Assembly (NCBI RefSeq): GCF_028641065.1
Contig: NC_073381.1
Location: forward strand, 92,938,001-93,002,000
Length of the DNA stretch: 64,000 bases
Source of the DNA: Leucoraja erinacea
Taxonomy: Eukaryota
Reading direction: 5' to 3'
Positions 60,963 to 64,000 of the stretch are shown piece by piece (within the stretch, counting starts at the first letter, position 1; the number at the start of each line of letters is the position of its first letter). The notes beneath the pieces are model-generated. The model saw nothing but the letters and a program-made list of their open reading frames with translations. It did not search any database and was not told where the DNA came from. Made by a program: the position numbers and the translations under genes.

Positions 60963-61850
60963 TATGTGAGTGGAGTTTATTTAAAGAAGACATGGTGGTT
61001 GCTGGGTCTAGATGAGTTGTACATAGTGAAAAAATATAATTGGTACCCAGGGTGCAACATAACCAGTTGGAAGATGAAGTGTTGTTCCTCAAGTTTATGT
61101 GGGGCTTTTTTGAGAAAGTCTAGGAGACCACAATCGGTAATCAGAGGGAGTGAGATAGAAAATAGAACGTTCATGCAGATTGCAACTGAGTGAAGTCATT
61201 CTGTAAAGTGATCACCTAATTTGTGTTTGGTTCCTTCAATATGGAGAAGACTGTTATATGAGCAATGAACACAATGCAGTAGATTGGAAGAGGTACAAAA
61301 ATTGCCGCTTCCACTAAAGGAATAGTTTGGGTTGCTGTAATAGATGTTGCACTACCTGCACTTGCATAGAAAAGTGCTATGAAAGATGTAGTGGAAAGGA
61401 TGGAAGAGCAAATTTAGGAGTGGCAAAGCCAATTGACGCTTTGGGATCTTAAATGAGTATGGGATATTGGGCCTAGTGCTAGAATCTCATTTAAAATGAT
61501 GAACATTACAAGGATGATCAATTGAATGTAGCAGATGGTGGGATAGAAAGAGTGCTCTGGAGGAACCCCTATCTTCGCTCAATTGGGGAAGAAAAGGGTG
61601 TGAAAACAGATGTGTGGGAAATAGATGTGGAAGAACAAATCTGTATAAACAATTAGGTTCTTGTACTGGGTGATTTTAACTTTCCTCATATTGACTGAGA
61701 TTGCATTCGATTAAGGGGTCTATATGGGTTGGGATTTGGTAAACATACACAGAAAGGGTTTTTAAAGCAGTATGTAGTGTCCTCGTACCAAGGAGGGAAC
61801 TCAACTCAGAGTTGAGCAACTGATGGAAGTGTCTGTGGAGGAACTCTTTA

Positions 61851-61930
61851 GTAACAGTCCATTATGCTTAAAGGTAACCATGGAAAAGGAGTAACAGTCC
61901 ATTATGCTTAAAGGTAACCATGGAAAAGGA
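61851..61930. repeat. Perfect 40-bp tandem duplication within an old CR1 fragment
   Basis: GTAACAGTCCATTATGCTTAAAGGTAACCATGGAAAAGGA twice. Confidence 0.95.
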
Positions 61931-64000
61931 TAACGTTGGACCTGGAGGCACAGCCTTAAATTAGGGGAGGGCTAACTTCAATAGTATGACATGGTCTGGG
62001 AGCTACCACTAGAGTGAAAAGCACCTGATAAGCGGGAAAATTTTAAAAGCACGATAGTAAGAGTTCAGTGTTAGTGTGTCCATGTCAGGGGAAGAAGCAA
62101 AAATTGTAGGATATGGGAATCTTGGTTAAGAAAATAAATTGAGGATGTAATTAACACAAAAGAGGCGTATATCAGGTATAGGAAATTGTTATCTAATTAA
62201 TCCTTTGAGGTTTATAGAGGGATATAGTTATTGACCAGAAACTAAACTTGAGTAGTCACCTATGTTTAAGAAGGAACTGCAGATGCTGGAAAATCGAAGG
62301 TACACAAAAAAGCTGGAGAAACTCAGTGAGTGCAGCAGCATCTATGGAGCGAAGGAAATAGGCAACGTTTCTGGCCGAAATCCTTCTTCAGATAGGCAAC
62401 GTTTTGGGCCAAAATCTATTTCCTTCGCTCCATAGATGCTGCTGCACCTGCTGAGTCTCTCCAGCTTTTTTGTGGACCTTTGAGTAGTCACTTGTTTGGG
62501 ACTTCTAGAGCTCCAAAACCGCAGCGCCTGCGGTCTTACCATCTCGGAGCGGGCGATCCCTTTGCCAGGGGTCGGCCTTTGGTGCTCCAACCTGCGGGAG
62601 CTACAGACTCTTGACATCGTGGAGCACGCAGTCTATGGTGAGAATCGATTTCGGGAACTCCAAGCCACAGGAGTTCGACCACCCCGACGTGGGAGCTCGA
62701 TCGCTGGCTGCGAATGGTTTGACTCCCCCGACCGCAGAAGGAAAGAAGATAATACTTTATTGCCTTCCATTACAGTGAGGGCGTGGAGGAGCCACTTTGG
62801 TGAATGTTTATGTCAATTTTTATATAGCTGTGTGCATTGTTGCTTTTTTGTTATGACTGTATCATGGCAAACCAAATTCCTCATATGTTGCAAAACATAC
62901 TTGGCTAATAAATTGCAATTGCAATTATGATTATGATCTACATAATGTGGTTATAAGTGTAGGGCAAAGGCCAGGAATCATCAGATGAATAACTCCCCAA
63001 AACATTGTCCATCATCTATCTACAAGGCTCGCGTCAGGAGTATGATGAAATACTCTTCACTTGCCTGGATGTATGCTGCCACAACAACACTCAAGAAGCC
63101 TGATATAATACAGGACATAGCAGATTGCTTGATATGCAACCCTTCCACAATTATTCACTCACACCACCACTAACCCACAGCAGCAGTAGTTTGTACCACC
63201 ATCTACTGGATGCGGCCACTCGTCAAGATTCCTTGGATATCGCCTTCTGGACTCTTGTTCTCTACCAGCTACCGGGACAGCAGGAGCATGAGAACATCAC
63301 CATCTGGAAATGGCTCTTCAAACCACGCACCATCCATACTTGGAAATATATCGCCGTTCCTTCACCATCGCTGGGTCAAAGTCCTGGAACTCACTCCTGC
63401 AGTGGTTCAAGAAAGCAACCCACCACCACCTTCTCAAATGCCATTGGGTATGGGCAATTAAATGCTGGCTCAGCCTGTAAAGTGCACATCTGTTAAATGT
63501 ACTGAAAATATATAGGAGAGGTGATGCAGCGGCAGAGTTGCTGCCTTACAGTGCCAGAGACCCAGATTCGATCCTGACTACGGATACCCGTTCAGAGTTT
63601 GTATGTTCACCCTGGGACCGCGTGGGGTTGTTCTGGTATATTCTCCCCCACTCTAAAGACGTACAGGTTTGTGGGTGAATTGGCTTTGGTAAAATTGTCC
63701 CTGGATAGTGTTGGTGTACGGGGTGATCGCTGGTTGGCGCGGACACGGTGGGACGAGGGGCTTGTTTGTTTCTACGCTGTATATCTAAAGTAAATGTTTT
63801 AATGAAGCATTCAGGAGAGCAGCAGGCAGACATGAAATGGACATGGCCAACAGAATTTAAGAAAATTCCAATAACATTTAAAAATGTATTCAATGGATGT
63901 GGATAGCATGGGAAGGAATAGGTCCCATCAGGGAACAAAATGGAAATCTTTGTGAGGAGCCAGGTGATATGTGTGGTGTCTGAGAGTGAGTTATAGATGG

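Noticed and set aside
44500-64000. Further ENAH coding exons
   Set aside because: No EVH1-like peptide in the ORF track or seen by eye; the region is consistent with a long intron 1

Overview
Repeat-rich vertebrate genomic DNA. The repeat landscape (CR1/HER1-type LINEs, V-SINE-like SINEs, Penelope-like and DIRS elements) suggests a cartilaginous fish, probably a skate or ray; this is an inference. The window holds the EPHX1-SRP9-ENAH block: four 5' coding exons of microsomal epoxide hydrolase EPHX1 (minus strand, continuing off the left edge), a complete 3-exon SRP9 gene (minus, 86 aa), and a divergent CpG-rich first exon ending ATGAG|gtgagt that is most likely ENAH (plus), followed by about 20 kb of intron 1. 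Almost all other ORFs in the track are transposon fragments or low-complexity artefacts. Most notable: (1) about 20 copies of a short Penelope-derived module carrying a minimal hammerhead-ribozyme core, several inserted alone with their own 11-15 bp target-site duplications (TSDs); (2) both divergent promoters are expanded into minisatellites of transcription-factor sites at about 3 helical turns (CCAAT every 32 bp at SRP9, GC box every 31 bp at ENAH); (3) an open Gypsy gag plus -1-frame protease-like ORF directly behind the SRP9 CCAAT array; (4) a MITE splitting the probable ZNF143-type EPHX1 promoter; (5) a miniature LTR element with a perfect tRNA-Pro primer site, a DIRS1 element with an intact 3' terminal structure, and a 1.7-kb foldback element. 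Exon and TSD coordinates were counted by hand and TE boundaries are approximate. Comparisons with human sequences are from memory; no searches were run.
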